64,000 nt of DNA from the NCBI GenBank assembly GCA_964187785.1, contig OZ076409.1:98582001-98646000 (forward strand), given 5' to 3'. The position numbers were made by a program, and so were the translations under genes. The stretch's first letter is position 1. Each line of letters starts with the position of its first letter. Under the pieces are notes generated by a model. The model saw nothing but the letters and a program-made list of their open reading frames with translations, did no database searches and was not told the DNA's origin. Origin of the DNA: Amphiscolops sp. MND2022. Its lineage: Eukaryota. This document shows, piece after piece, positions 24,036 to 35,003 of this stretch.

Positions 24036-26543
24036 TCATTTGATTCGCCAATGGGTCGGATGCAACTGAAAGATTACAGGACACTGATAGGTTACTAGCT
24101 TCCTTTTTGGCAAGGCTCCGCTAATGGTCCAACCCAGTGCTGTTTTAACTGCCCATGGTTGATTTCTTTCGCCGGATTTGTATTCCAGCGGCTTGATTAA
24201 ATGATAAGCATCCTGACCGAAAATAACTTTAACATCAGTCATTGAGACTTTAATATTAGGCAGATCAGATAAATAATGGTACTCTTCTTTTAGTTTTCTG
24301 AAGTCATAGTCTTTTTCACCAACATTTAGGTTAGGATGACTGCAGAACGTTACAGTCTCTCCAGCCGTTTCTGTTTCGCTGGAGCCCACTTTTGCTGTTA
24401 TTATTTGCGTTTTCATATCAGACAAACCGTGAATGCCGGCAACGGACATTACCGATTCTTTACCTTTCAATCTGAGAAGATCAACCAAAGTTTGATCCAT
24501 AAACGAAACAGTGGATCCGGTATCACAGAGCGCAATGGTTTCAACACATCTTTTTTCATTACCTATCGAAAAAGGTATCAGCTGTAAGAACCCGTTGTTG
24601 CTTGTCGACATCATAGACGAGCTGCCGGCCCTGCTTTGAGGCGCCGAGTCTTCTGTTTTCTTGTCATTGGTGACTCTATCTATTTTCTGCGCATCAGAGT
24701 GTAGAAGCCTGTTGTGTTTCTTAGTGCAACCATTCACACCGCAGACACGTTCTGATTTGCAGTCTTTAATCAGATGAGAATTGAGACAACAGAAACAAAG
24801 TTTCAACTTTTTCAACGTTTCATACCTTTCGTTGACAGTTTTTTGTTTGAATTTGCTGCACATCCAAATTTTATGTTCGCCATCTTTTAATGGACATTGC
24901 TTATTCGATGATGATGTTGTTTTACCTTGGTCATTGGCAACGAAAGTTGACGTCTTCACCTTTTCTGTCGATCCAGATGCCTTTTTATCAAATGGTGTTT
25001 TGAATTGCACCATCATTTTATCATGCACATAGGCAACATCATTTAGCCATTCACTAAACTTGCAAAGATCTGCATTATAATAGCTCTTGCTTTTTGCAAG
25101 GAAAAACCATATTGTTTTCAGCTCAGGAGGTAACTTTCTCAAAGCTGAATTCAGAACTGATTCCGAATAAAGATCTCCGGTGAAACCAAATTGTTTCAAA
25201 ACATTGACACAAAACGTGATCAACTGAGCATACTTTATGATAGCCATTGAGTCATGCGACTTGATGAACGGACTCAAATGGATTTGCTTCATCTGTGCAT
25301 TAACAATTGTTTGTGGACGTCCAAAATTGGTGACTAAAACATTCCATGCTGCACTGTACATGACTCCTGAGTAACCGAGTCCCGCAATAGCGGCCTTGGC
25401 CTTGCCTTTAACGAGTATGTTCAAGTGACTCATTTTTGCATTGTCATCGATAGGTTCATTGTGGATGGTAGCGGTGAACAAACTGGACCATTCCGGCCAC
25501 TCTAATGGATCTCCATAAAATTCAGATAATTTCAACTTAGGTAAACTTGTTTGAACAAATTGTACAGGTTGATGTACAGGTACCGCTGGGGTAAAGGAAG
25601 GAAAAGGATGTTCTACTTTGAAAGTGGTATTCGCGAATCCATGTTTAGGCTTCGGTTCGTCATTACCTCGCTGAAGTGAGGTGATTGGCTTCGGAAGAGT
25701 AATCACAGGGTTTTTTCTCTGGGGTGACTTACTCGTAGCTCTGTTTTGAGGTTGCGATGGCAATTGTTGATTTTTCTGATGAGAATATTCTGGAAGTCTC
25801 TGCGGCAGTGCAGTCGACCCCCCTTTGTTTTCTACTTCTCTGCTAGATTCCTTAGGTTGGGAGAAACACTTATCAAAATTCTCATCACTTTGCTCTAACC
25901 AACTTTTGATGTCGCTGTTTTTGTCTTCGTCAAGTACGAGAGACATCAGGCTTGGACAAATTGAAGGAGCACGAAATGACCCTTCCGCCTCTTCTATCTG
26001 CAGTCGCAATTCGTGTTGCTCAAGCGCTTTTCTGCTTTCCATTTCAGCGATTTCAGCTTCCGCTTGTAAATCAAAAAGCTTCTGGTTCATTTCCATTTGT
26101 TTCTTTGTTTTCTCCAATCTCAATTCTCGCAGCCTCTTCTCAATTTCCATTTGCGACTTTTGCTCTAATACATTAGCATGCATCTCTAAGCGCCGTCGTT
26201 CACTTGCTTTTGACAGGTCGGAACCCACATTCGATCCCCGAGGTTTGTAGGTATCGCTTTTCGGCAAAGTTCGTGAAGGTGAAAGATCCACTAGCGTACG
26301 TCTTTTCGCTGTACTCAAGGTCACTGATCCTGTTTGCCGAGGAGCAACTTCCGCACGACTCTCATTTTTATCAAACACTGTGGATTGGTTAACATCTCTC
26401 AACAGTTTCAATCCTCTTTGTAGAGTCTCGTTCGCCTTTTGTTTCGTTGAGGCGCCGGAAACATTTACGTTGTCTTTCGACAACTGTGAACGTACAACAC
26501 CCGACTTTGTTGACTCTTCAGGATTAGTTGTACCCCTTTCCAA
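24036..26543 (-). CDS. BEL Gag-protease
   Basis: LPKLKLSEFYGDPLEWPEW; triple knuckle CPLKDGEHKIWMC / CFCCLNSHLIKDC / CGVNGCTKKHNRLLH; ALCDTGS protease. Confidence 0.92.
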   Translation of the reverse strand: MERGTTNPEESTKSGVVRSQLSKDNVNVSGASTKQKANETLQRGLKLLRDVNQSTVFDKNESRAEVAPRQTGSVTLSTAKRRTLVDLSPSRTLPKSDTYKPRGSNVGSDLSKASERRRLEMHANVLEQKSQMEIEKRLRELRLEKTKKQMEMNQKLFDLQAEAEIAEMESRKALEQHELRLQIEEAEGSFRAPSICPSLMSLVLDEDKNSDIKSWLEQSDENFDKCFSQPKESSREVENKGGSTALPQRLPEYSHQKNQQLPSQPQNRATSKSPQRKNPVITLPKPITSLQRGNDEPKPKHGFANTTFKVEHPFPSFTPAVPVHQPVQFVQTSLPKLKLSEFYGDPLEWPEWSSLFTATIHNEPIDDNAKMSHLNILVKGKAKAAIAGLGYSGVMYSAAWNVLVTNFGRPQTIVNAQMKQIHLSPFIKSHDSMAIIKYAQLITFCVNVLKQFGFTGDLYSESVLNSALRKLPPELKTIWFFLAKSKSYYNADLCKFSEWLNDVAYVHDKMMVQFKTPFDKKASGSTEKVKTSTFVANDQGKTTSSSNKQCPLKDGEHKIWMCSKFKQKTVNERYETLKKLKLCFCCLNSHLIKDCKSERVCGVNGCTKKHNRLLHSDAQKIDRVTNDKKTEDSAPQSRAGSSSMMSTSNNGFLQLIPFSIGNEKRCVETIALCDTGSTVSFMDQTLVDLLRLKGKESVMSVAGIHGLSDMKTQIITAKVGSSETETAGETVTFCSHPNLNVGEKDYDFRKLKEEYHYLSDLPNIKVSMTDVKVIFGQDAYHLIKPLEYKSGERNQPWAVKTALGWTISGALPKRKLVTYQCPVIFQLHPTHWRIK

Positions 26544-27385
26544 TTCATCAAGTCCTTCCCAGGATTTGAAAAGATGGTTTTGCTATCTAAGTTTTGGAAA
26601 GTGACATCGAATTCTGCACCTGTTTCATCTACATAGGGATCCAAAGGCTCAACATAAGACAAACATTCTTGTGTTACGTCTTGTAACAGCAGCTTAGCTT
26701 GTTCAAGCTCCTCTTCTTTTGGCTTCAAGAAATTTTGATGAAATGGTTGTAAAAAACTTCTTTGTTGGTTCAAGATCTCTTCTAGTTTTTCCTTCAGGTC
26801 TTGAACTTCAGGTAGAACTGATTTAATTCTAGTAGCTCTCGCCCCTTTAATCATTAATTGCTGGAGATTTTTTGCTTTCGCTTGAAAATCATCCATTATT
26901 CGATACCAGTGGTCTGCTGCTCGACAATATTTCAAGAAATCCTCTTTACTTTTTGCATAATTTGCAAGTAATTTTATACCGTCAAATTGTGGGAACACTT
27001 CTGTCCAATTCGAGAGACATTGATCGATTTCTTTTAAAAGATCTGTCTTTACTTCTCTGCGGGCACTATGGTATCTGCCTTTGAGCATAGGCAGCCCAAA
27101 CTCGAATTCCTTTTCGAATTTGTCTCTAATTTCCATGAATTTAAGAAATAAGTTCCCCAAAACATATCTCAAATTTGAAGAATCCTGTTGCTTTTCTTTC
27201 AACTGTTCGTAGTCAGGACCAAGGTTTTTTATGGAACGGAAATACTCCACAAAGCGATCTTCATGTTCATTCCAAGCTTTCAATGCTGAAGAGTTTTTCA
27301 AGCCTTCAGAGAAAGACATCCTTTGGATGGACTTTCCCTTGGTAATGGTCATCACTTTAGGGTCAATTGTTCAACCACTGGCCAT
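26465..27385 (-). CDS. ~300-aa helical/coiled-coil ORF upstream of BEL gag, probably a frameshifted Gag N-terminal extension
   Basis: ORF 26465-27355 overlaps the gag frame; an in-frame ATG at 27385 reads MASG*TIDPKVMT, with one stop. Confidence 0.7.
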
Positions 27386-27448
27386 GGTTTTGCAAATGAA
27401 TAAATTGCAAGTACTAATCGTTTGAAAAAGGGTCTGCAAAACGTGCCT

Positions 27449-27466
27449 TCCCGGGTCGCGGCACCA
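27449..27466 (-). promoter_or_regulatory. BEL primer-binding site TGGTGCCGCGACCCGGGA (tRNA-Phe-like; His not excluded)
   Basis: Lies 3 nt from the 5' LTR; complement TCCCGGGTCGCGGCACCA resembles a tRNA 3' end. Confidence 0.8.
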
Positions 27467-27469
27467 AAA

Positions 27470-28629
27470 TTTTACGTCTGCAAGGTAAACTAACAAAAAC
27501 ACTTACCAAGCTTTACGACGGCCTGGTTGACAACTTGCGGACAACTTTAAATCTTGTTTTGTCCAGGAAAGGCACTTGCAAAAACCACTTCTCAGAACCT
27601 TCAATGGGTGGTATTGCAACGATTTTCAATCAAAAATTCAGCTTGCGTTACTTTGAATAAGTTTTCGAAGTCGGTGAAACAATTACTGCATCTTGGACTT
27701 TGCACTTTTTCTCTTTCAAAAACATAAAGTAGCTTTGGAGCTCTAATTTGTGATTATGGGAATCAACTTAGCTGTCTGGATGAGTGGTAGCGTCGTTGAT
27801 CTGCTAAACCAGACGATAAGTCCAAATCCTTGCGTCCACGATAACTTTCTCAAGCAAAAATATCGCAACCATTTGCAATATAATAAATTGACGTTGGAAT
27901 TTCGAAACAATATAATATCACTTGTTCAACTCCAAAAAGCTCTTCAATAGCCAGAGTTAACTGAATTACTTGAACGAGAAACTTCCAAGCTTTCACTTTC
28001 TTCAATACTTGAGTAGCAAAGTCGACTGATTTGGATCTCTACTTGGTTGCTGGTCTTTTTTGTCTTAGGCGTTAACTCTGGTTACTTTTACATACAGGAA
28101 ATACTTAATAGCGGATGTTTGTGGTTAAATTTACCATCACCACACGAGCGCCTTGATATATAGAATAAGCAGAAACAAACTATTTAACTGAGTTGAAGAT
28201 ATACACCAAAATATGTAAAAGTATATATAAAAAGCATACATTTACACCATTTTATGGTTAATGATTATATTTGTTATTTGCACTCAAAGCTTCTATCAGG
28301 TTACAAACACTTTATCGACTTCCGCCTGGACTAGATATAACCAAATATGACCTACTTGAAAGGTTTATTACACAAACAGAACGATAAAGCACCAAATTTG
28401 TACTATATCAGAGGGAAGTCTGATTTTGAGCCAGAAAAATTTTTTTTTGAAATTTTTGTCTCCGATTCTCAATTTTCTTGCCCAAATCGGTCGAATGCCA
28501 TAAAAAAATCAGCTGCTTGCTACTTTTGTCTTCGAAATCCAAAAAATAACGTCTTTGTAGCAGTTCGAAAACCAGGATTTTCGACCCCTTCTGGTCACAA
28601 TTTCTCAAGTCAATTCTGAGGCGCCAACA
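27470..28629 (-). repeat. BEL 5' LTR (1160 bp)
   Basis: Direct repeat of 19592-20748, bounded by the PBS and the TSD. Confidence 0.93.
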
Positions 28630-31016
28630 GTCTGGACATGCAAGAATCTTGCAAGAATCTGACAGGTTTGTCTGAAAGGTAAGATACTCGGAAGATTCTT
28701 GCAAGAAACGTATGGGAGTTCGACTAGGGTATTTCTAATCGTTGATCTGATAAATTTCAGACACCGCTTGAAGTGAGTTTTTTTTCAAACAAAAAATTTT
28801 AATCTTTTAATACTCGGCGTCATAGGTTTCCGTTAATAATCTGTTAAATTACATGCATGAGCTGACAGAATTTTACTGTAATTTTCAGGATTTTTTCCCC
28901 AAGCTTACCCATGCCTAACACACACTTCTCAAATTTTGTGGGAATATATTTGGCTTCATGAATGGTAAAGAAATGTTTTTATAATGAAATTAAGTTTATA
29001 ATGAAGTTTATTCATAGCGTATCTGGAGAAAGGAAAAAAGTCGATTTTGATTTGTATAGAAAGTCGATCCACAAATTTTTAATATTATCATTATCAGTGA
29101 TTCAATTACCCAAGAGCTTTGGGAAATTTTGACAGTCGATAAATGATGAATTATACATTACTTGTCACTGAAAATTCTATTTGTAAAAAAATTGTGCTTT
29201 TCAGCATAACTAATAAGAAATTTTTATTAGATTCATTTTTCTTGTGGCATAATATGATAAATAGAGTTAATCAATGTTCATGAACATTTTCAAAGCAATT
29301 TTTCGGTTCTTGAAATATTTATCTGGTGACTGTGGCATGGAAATGATAGTTCATGGCCAACCTAAAAGAGAACATTCCAAGTACCTGCTACTATTTTGAA
29401 GTCATGTAATCTAATGCATATATACATAACACTGACTGAGAATGAGTTTGAAGTAACAGCTTAGACCTTTGTATACGAATGCTTATCTTAACGTCATATC
29501 ATTTTAATTTATCTTACTAACCCTCCTTTTCCCTCAGTCTACTTTGGTGACCGAAACACTTACCTTTCAAACCGGTGTGCAAAAATGTCAGAATTTTGTG
29601 CATATAAAAAGGCAACGAAAGTTTTCACAGGTGATCAGATGAATTTTATAAATTAGTATATTTTCAAGTAATCGTCTCCGGTGATGTAAGTAATTACTCA
29701 ACTGAAGCAGCATTAATGTTGATGAATGATCATGATTTTGAAGAAAAAAAAACGAAACGAAGGCAAACAATTGAGTAAAAATACAAATTAAAATGGAAAA
29801 GTGGGGGAGGATTTTGAAACGAAACGTGCATTAATGTTAGCTCTTCAGTTAGACTCCGCAGAATTTAACGCGGCGTGAAACCGTGCAAACGCGTGAACCC
29901 TAATTTTCGGAAATCTCAAATTTCACAAAATTCAGCCAAAGTTCTTACCAATTATGGATTTCTTACAAAAATCTTACAAGTTTGTACAAGAATCGCAAAT
30001 TTTGCAAATATGTTACGATGTTGAACATTTCTTACAAGAATCTGATTTTGCCAAAATTTGCATCTATTCGTAAAAAATTCTTACAAAAAATGCGATGTGT
30101 TATTTCGACCAAAAATTCGTTCAAGATTTTTTGGCCTCAATTTGTGTCTTTTTTGAATAACATCTGAATTAAAGTCTGTTTCTCTAACAGTGTTACCTCA
30201 ATGACCCGGGTAGCATTGAGGACGCTTTTCGGCTCCGCGTTTCTTGAAGCCACTAGATAGGTAGAATTATTTTGGTTTGGATTTTGGGCTACGGATTTTG
30301 GGTTAGATTGTCATGAATTTCAGATGAAAACGGTCCAGATTTGGAAAATTGTCATAAACTTTAGATGGAAATGGTCGACGTTTAAATATTTGTTGGAATA
30401 AGATATAGAATTATCGTATTTTGGTAGAATAACGTCGGAAATAACTTTTTTTGGGAATAACGTCTAAAATCACTGTATTTTGGTAGAATACGGTCTAAAA
30501 ACACTGTATTCCACTGGAATAACATTTAAAATCACTGTCTTTGAGAGATAGGATCCTTTTGTTGCGAAAAGCTAATTCATCGCTGGCATAACTTTTTCTG
30601 ATTAATAGCAACGACTTTTTTCAGTATTTCCTGAAGTCAAACGAAGCAAATTTTGTTAAGATTTTGAAAAAAAATGCATTTTTTGTACCATATTTAGCTG
30701 AATTTCGCAAATTTTGTAAGAATCTTGTAAAAGTTAATATCAAATCATGCATTTTCTTCCAAGAGTTTTTGTAACAGTTTTGCAGAAGATGTGTCTGTTG
30801 TAACTTTATGGTACAAGAATTTACTTTCTATCAAGACTGTATTTTATCTCAAAGCTATTGTTACTAAACGAACTTTAGTATGATAAAGATAATACAGTAT
30901 AGGCAGGTACTTCAGACTAATTAAATAACAATAAGAACAATACTGTCAGAAGTATAAAGTTTGTCCTCTAGCTTATTCAGCTATGCCACATTCCCCCCTC
31001 TTTGATTGGAAGTAGC

Positions 31017-34000
31017 TTAGCCAATGGGGAGTGTGTTTTCTATTGTTGAGGCGGTCTTCCGTCCAAAGCTTTTGTTGTTCACTGTGTTCCGTGTACTTCC
31101 TTCTTTTGTGATCCGGTTGTCAGGATGATCTTCCGGAGCGGTCCATTTAGTTTGTTGGGTTAGTTGTTGTCCATATTGTCCTCGGTGTCCGGTGTGTTTT
31201 CCCGGCCATTCAGTCTTTTGACGGTGTTTCCTATAATTAGATGGTACTGGATTATTAGGCCTGATTATTGGGTTGGTTTTTGTCAAGCGTTTCGATCTAC
31301 GTAAATTATGTTCTTTTGTTTCTTGTTCAATTTCGGTACTTGAGCTGAGATTGCTAAGTAATTCTAGTTCTGAGGTGTCTTGTTCGGTATAACTATTTTC
31401 TACATTGTCTTCTTCCCCTCCTTTGGGGGATTGGTAGTTATTTTGAATTACCTTACCGTTATTGTCTTTGAGGTGTAGTTCTGTGTTTGCCCTTCTGGCA
31501 TCCTCAATGACACGGTCTTTTTCCGCGTCCGTCATGTTCTCCGTTACTACTGTTAACGGTCCAATGTTTGATTGTTGTTCCGGGTTGGTGTGAGTTTCTC
31601 CCGGAGAGCCAGAGTTTTGGCGGTTTCTGACTAGCTTTGGTCGTCCCCTGCCAATTGTGCTGTGTTTTGGGGGCGGTGTTGTGTGCTCTCCAAATGTTGT
31701 AGTCGCTGTGGCGGTCACTACCGGTGAGGCTTCTCCATGGTCGCTGTCTGAGTCTGGGACATTGACTATCCTCGGTGATTTGGTAAAGCGGCCATCTGGT
31801 CCTCGTGGTCCGGTGCCCCGATTGGTGTTGTTTTCCTGTACAATTTCAGAAATGGGTTTACTAATATGTTTTCTGTGCAAGATTTTATTATCTGACGTTG
31901 TTATTGTATGTTTGGTGCCCGATATGGCTGTCTGTGTTTTATCGGAATATGCACTTTCAAACTTCGGTTTATTTATTTTCTTTTCAAAGAAAAGGAACGG
32001 ATATTTACTAACTCCTTTTTCTCCTTTCTTCTGCTTCATCGGTAGCTGGTCGGAGGCACCGCCAGCTCCGCTGAATGAGTACACCTGCAAGGTGTCTGGT
32101 TTTGCTGAAATACAACTTTTTGTAATAGACTTTAATGCGTCTAGGTTCAACATATTGCTTATTTCCGTGTTCGGTTCGCGTCCGTAGTGTAGCTCAAATG
32201 CGGACTTTTTTAATCTCGTATGAGGTGTTTTCCGCATGATTTCCAGAGCTATGTCTAAAGCTTTACCGAATTTCTCTCCGGCCTTGATATTGGTTAGTAA
32301 TGTTTCTTTCAATGTTTTTACGCCGCGTTCAACCAATCCTGTCGGTGTATGGATATACGGTGTCCCGTATATTAATTTTATCTGGTGAGTTTTGCAAAAG
32401 TCTCTAAATGTACGGCCCGTGAACGCGGTAGCTTTATCCGTTCTAATGGTTTTCGGGATGCCGTTCAGATTTAAGTACTGTTCTAGGAATTTAGTCGCCG
32501 TTTGTCCGTCCGTGGTTTTACATAAGCTGGCTGCGGGCCATTTGCTAAATCGGTCCATTGAAAGTAAAATGTAGAATTTTTGGTTCTTTTCGCTTATGGG
32601 GCCGATGAAATCCATTTGGATTTCTTCGTTCGGTTTATTTACGGTTGGTAATTGACTTACTTCCGTACTAGGAATGTTAGGTTTAATGCTCTTACCGGAC
32701 ATTTTGCAGGGTACACAGCCGTCGCACTTTTTCTGGATAGCTTCCGTCAACTTTGGCCACCAGAAGTGTCTCGCTGCCATCGACATCTTGTTAATGGCGG
32801 GGTGTCCCTTGTGAAGGAGGCTAATTATTGTGTTCCGTAGGTTCTTCGGGACAATTATTCTATCTTCGAAGAATACCAATCCGTATCTGGTGGAGAGCTT
32901 TTTCTTGTACATGGTGTATTCCTCGGGCATGTTGTCATTTTGCTGGCGTTCCAGACATACCAGCGTTTTGAGGAGGCTAGGGTCGTTTGTGGTCTCCGAC
33001 ATAAATAATTGGAGATCTGTGGAGAAATTCTTTTCAGTTTCTCTGACGGCGTTCCCCAGGTCCCAATTGTTTTGTTCCTCTGCGTCTACTCTGGGAGCGT
33101 GGCCCATCTTTTTGTACTGGACGCTTTTGACGCCCACGTATTTGGCCCAATTGATGGCCGGAACTTCTAGGACGGACGGGTCCTGATCGGTATCTGATCC
33201 GATTTCGCCTTCTTCCATTGGGGCGTACAGCGTGACCGGAGATGATGTCCCGGGTTGCTCTTGTGGTCGCTGTGGGCGATCTAGTTCCCAGAATGGGTCA
33301 ACGGTCCATTGTTCATTTAGCCGTTGTTGTGGCTGAAATCCCTGCGGTTGTTGTTGTTGTTGTTGTCCCGGTAAGTTTTGTATGGCTAATTGTAGGCGTT
33401 CTTCTATTATTTTCCGTTCGTTCCGGAGAAATTTTGGCTCGTGGTATTTCTTCCAACGGCCACCGGATTGTCTGTAAATGCCCGGTTTTACTATGTCTCT
33501 CCATCGGGCTATCAGTTGTCTGGTTTCTGCAGACGAGTCTGCGGCTTCAAGGTTATCTATGGTTCTAGCGTCCATAGTTAAGTTGTTCGAATTTGCGATA
33601 GAATTGATGCAACTTTCTGGCGGTCGATTAAGGCAAGCAATGGCAGTTTGTTCACGCGTTTTGGAATGTTTCGATTCACTAATCCGAGTCGCGTCGTGTG
33701 ATTGGTTAAAGTGGTTGCTAAGGCAACCGTATTTGACTACGAATTTGTAGTGCGGGACGATGTTGTTGATTACGTATTCTTCGTCGTATGCGTCATCCGC
33801 TTGCGGTGGTGCTGACGGATTACGACTGAGATAATCCGTGAGCGCTAAGTGTTTACCAGCAATATGGCTTACGTTGATTGAAAAGTGAGCTAATCGGTCG
33901 AGCCATCTAGTTAGCCGTGCGCTGTATGTTTTGTTTGAACGGTTTCGTTTAATTAATGGTTCTAGAGCTTGGTGATCCGTAAGTAATTTTATCGGTTTTC

Positions 34001-35003
34001 CGTATATGTATAAACGGAAGTGTTCAAGCCCCCATACCACCGCTAATAGCTCCAGTTCGTTAATGGCGTATTTCTTTTCCGTGTCTGAAAGAAAGCGACT
34101 GGCAAATCCGATCGGTTTTAGTTTACCGTCCGGTTGTTCTTGCCATAGTGTAGCCCCAAGGCCTTTTGTGCTGGCGTCTGTGGTGATTATGTTCGGGTAA
34201 TTAGAATTGTAGTGCGCCAGACACGGTATTTCCGTGATTTTTTGTTTTAAATTTTCGAATGCTTCCGTGTGTTCCTCGGTCCAAATCCACTCATTATCCT
34301 TTTTTAGCAGTTGTCTTAAAACGTCCGTTTGTGCTGAGAGATTTTCTATGTACTTTGACAAATATTGGATTGCTCCGAGGAATGATTTAAGTTCCTTTTC
34401 ATTCTCCGGTTTCTTAAAGTTTTTAATCGCCAGTAACTTGTCCTGTAACGGTCTAATTCCGTTTTGGTCAATTTTATGTCCAATCCATTCAATTTCGGTT
34501 TTGGACAGCTCCGATTTGCTTTCGCTCAGTCTGTAACCGGCGTTTTCCAGTTTTGATAGTACGTCGGTTAATTCCTCCAAATGTTTTTGTTTGGAGCCTT
34601 TTGTTACGACTATGATGTCGTCTAGCCATGCTGGGTGTTTATTTTCCAGTGTTTGGTCAATTTTCTCTTGGAATATCGTCGGGATGTCGGCTAGCCCGTA
34701 AAAGCCTTTTAAAAATCGGTAATAACCGGTAAAGTTTCCCCCGGTTACCGCGAAGATACATAAGTCCATTGCCTTTTTTGATAATCTAAGTTGACCGTAT
34801 GCATAATCTAAATCGAACTTTGAGATCCAGATTTCGTCCGCCGGTCCGTCTGCAATTTTTCTGGAGATTCTTGATATTAATTCCTCCATATTGGGCATTT
34901 GTGCCTTTCTTTTTATTGTTATTTCGTTTAGTTTTCTTGAGTCCAGTGCGATTTTTACCGACTTATCTTTTTTATGGTGATTACCGCTGGGCTTACGAAA
35001 CAA
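31017..35003 (-). CDS. Gypsy Pol: RT-RNase H-insert-integrase-long C-terminal tail
   Basis: DLDYAYGQL, AWLDDI, TDASTKG, ELELLA, TDHQAL, HKGH...CVPC, MDF / TDKATAF / GLVER; separated from the protease by a 1-nt deletion near 34974. Confidence 0.95.
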   Translation of the reverse strand: MFRKPSGNHHKKDKSVKIALDSRKLNEITIKRKAQMPNMEELISRISRKIADGPADEIWISKFDLDYAYGQLRLSKKAMDLCIFAVTGGNFTGYYRFLKGFYGLADIPTIFQEKIDQTLENKHPAWLDDIIVVTKGSKQKHLEELTDVLSKLENAGYRLSESKSELSKTEIEWIGHKIDQNGIRPLQDKLLAIKNFKKPENEKELKSFLGAIQYLSKYIENLSAQTDVLRQLLKKDNEWIWTEEHTEAFENLKQKITEIPCLAHYNSNYPNIITTDASTKGLGATLWQEQPDGKLKPIGFASRFLSDTEKKYAINELELLAVVWGLEHFRLYIYGKPIKLLTDHQALEPLIKRNRSNKTYSARLTRWLDRLAHFSINVSHIAGKHLALTDYLSRNPSAPPQADDAYDEEYVINNIVPHYKFVVKYGCLSNHFNQSHDATRISESKHSKTREQTAIACLNRPPESCINSIANSNNLTMDARTIDNLEAADSSAETRQLIARWRDIVKPGIYRQSGGRWKKYHEPKFLRNERKIIEERLQLAIQNLPGQQQQQQPQGFQPQQRLNEQWTVDPFWELDRPQRPQEQPGTSSPVTLYAPMEEGEIGSDTDQDPSVLEVPAINWAKYVGVKSVQYKKMGHAPRVDAEEQNNWDLGNAVRETEKNFSTDLQLFMSETTNDPSLLKTLVCLERQQNDNMPEEYTMYKKKLSTRYGLVFFEDRIIVPKNLRNTIISLLHKGHPAINKMSMAARHFWWPKLTEAIQKKCDGCVPCKMSGKSIKPNIPSTEVSQLPTVNKPNEEIQMDFIGPISEKNQKFYILLSMDRFSKWPAASLCKTTDGQTATKFLEQYLNLNGIPKTIRTDKATAFTGRTFRDFCKTHQIKLIYGTPYIHTPTGLVERGVKTLKETLLTNIKAGEKFGKALDIALEIMRKTPHTRLKKSAFELHYGREPNTEISNMLNLDALKSITKSCISAKPDTLQVYSFSGAGGASDQLPMKQKKGEKGVSKYPFLFFEKKINKPKFESAYSDKTQTAISGTKHTITTSDNKILHRKHISKPISEIVQENNTNRGTGPRGPDGRFTKSPRIVNVPDSDSDHGEASPVVTATATTTFGEHTTPPPKHSTIGRGRPKLVRNRQNSGSPGETHTNPEQQSNIGPLTVVTENMTDAEKDRVIEDARRANTELHLKDNNGKVIQNNYQSPKGGEEDNVENSYTEQDTSELELLSNLSSSTEIEQETKEHNLRRSKRLTKTNPIIRPNNPVPSNYRKHRQKTEWPGKHTGHRGQYGQQLTQQTKWTAPEDHPDNRITKEGSTRNTVNNKSFGRKTASTIENTLPIG

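Larger units (their letters stand above)
19592..28629 (-). mobile_element. Full-length BEL/Pao LTR retrotransposon, TSD GTCTG
   Basis: LTRs 19592-20748 and 27470-28629; GTCTG at 19587-19591 and 28630-28634; PBS and gag-PR-RT-RH-IN with BEL-type motifs. Confidence 0.95.

Noticed and set aside
29555..29770. Host exon ending at a minus-strand AAG|GTAAGT donor
   Set aside because: All three frames hit stops within about 100 nt upstream and no partner exons were found
31657..32187. 176-aa antisense ORF in gypsy pol as an env or accessory gene
   Set aside because: Mirror frame of the low-complexity integrase tail; no independent motifs
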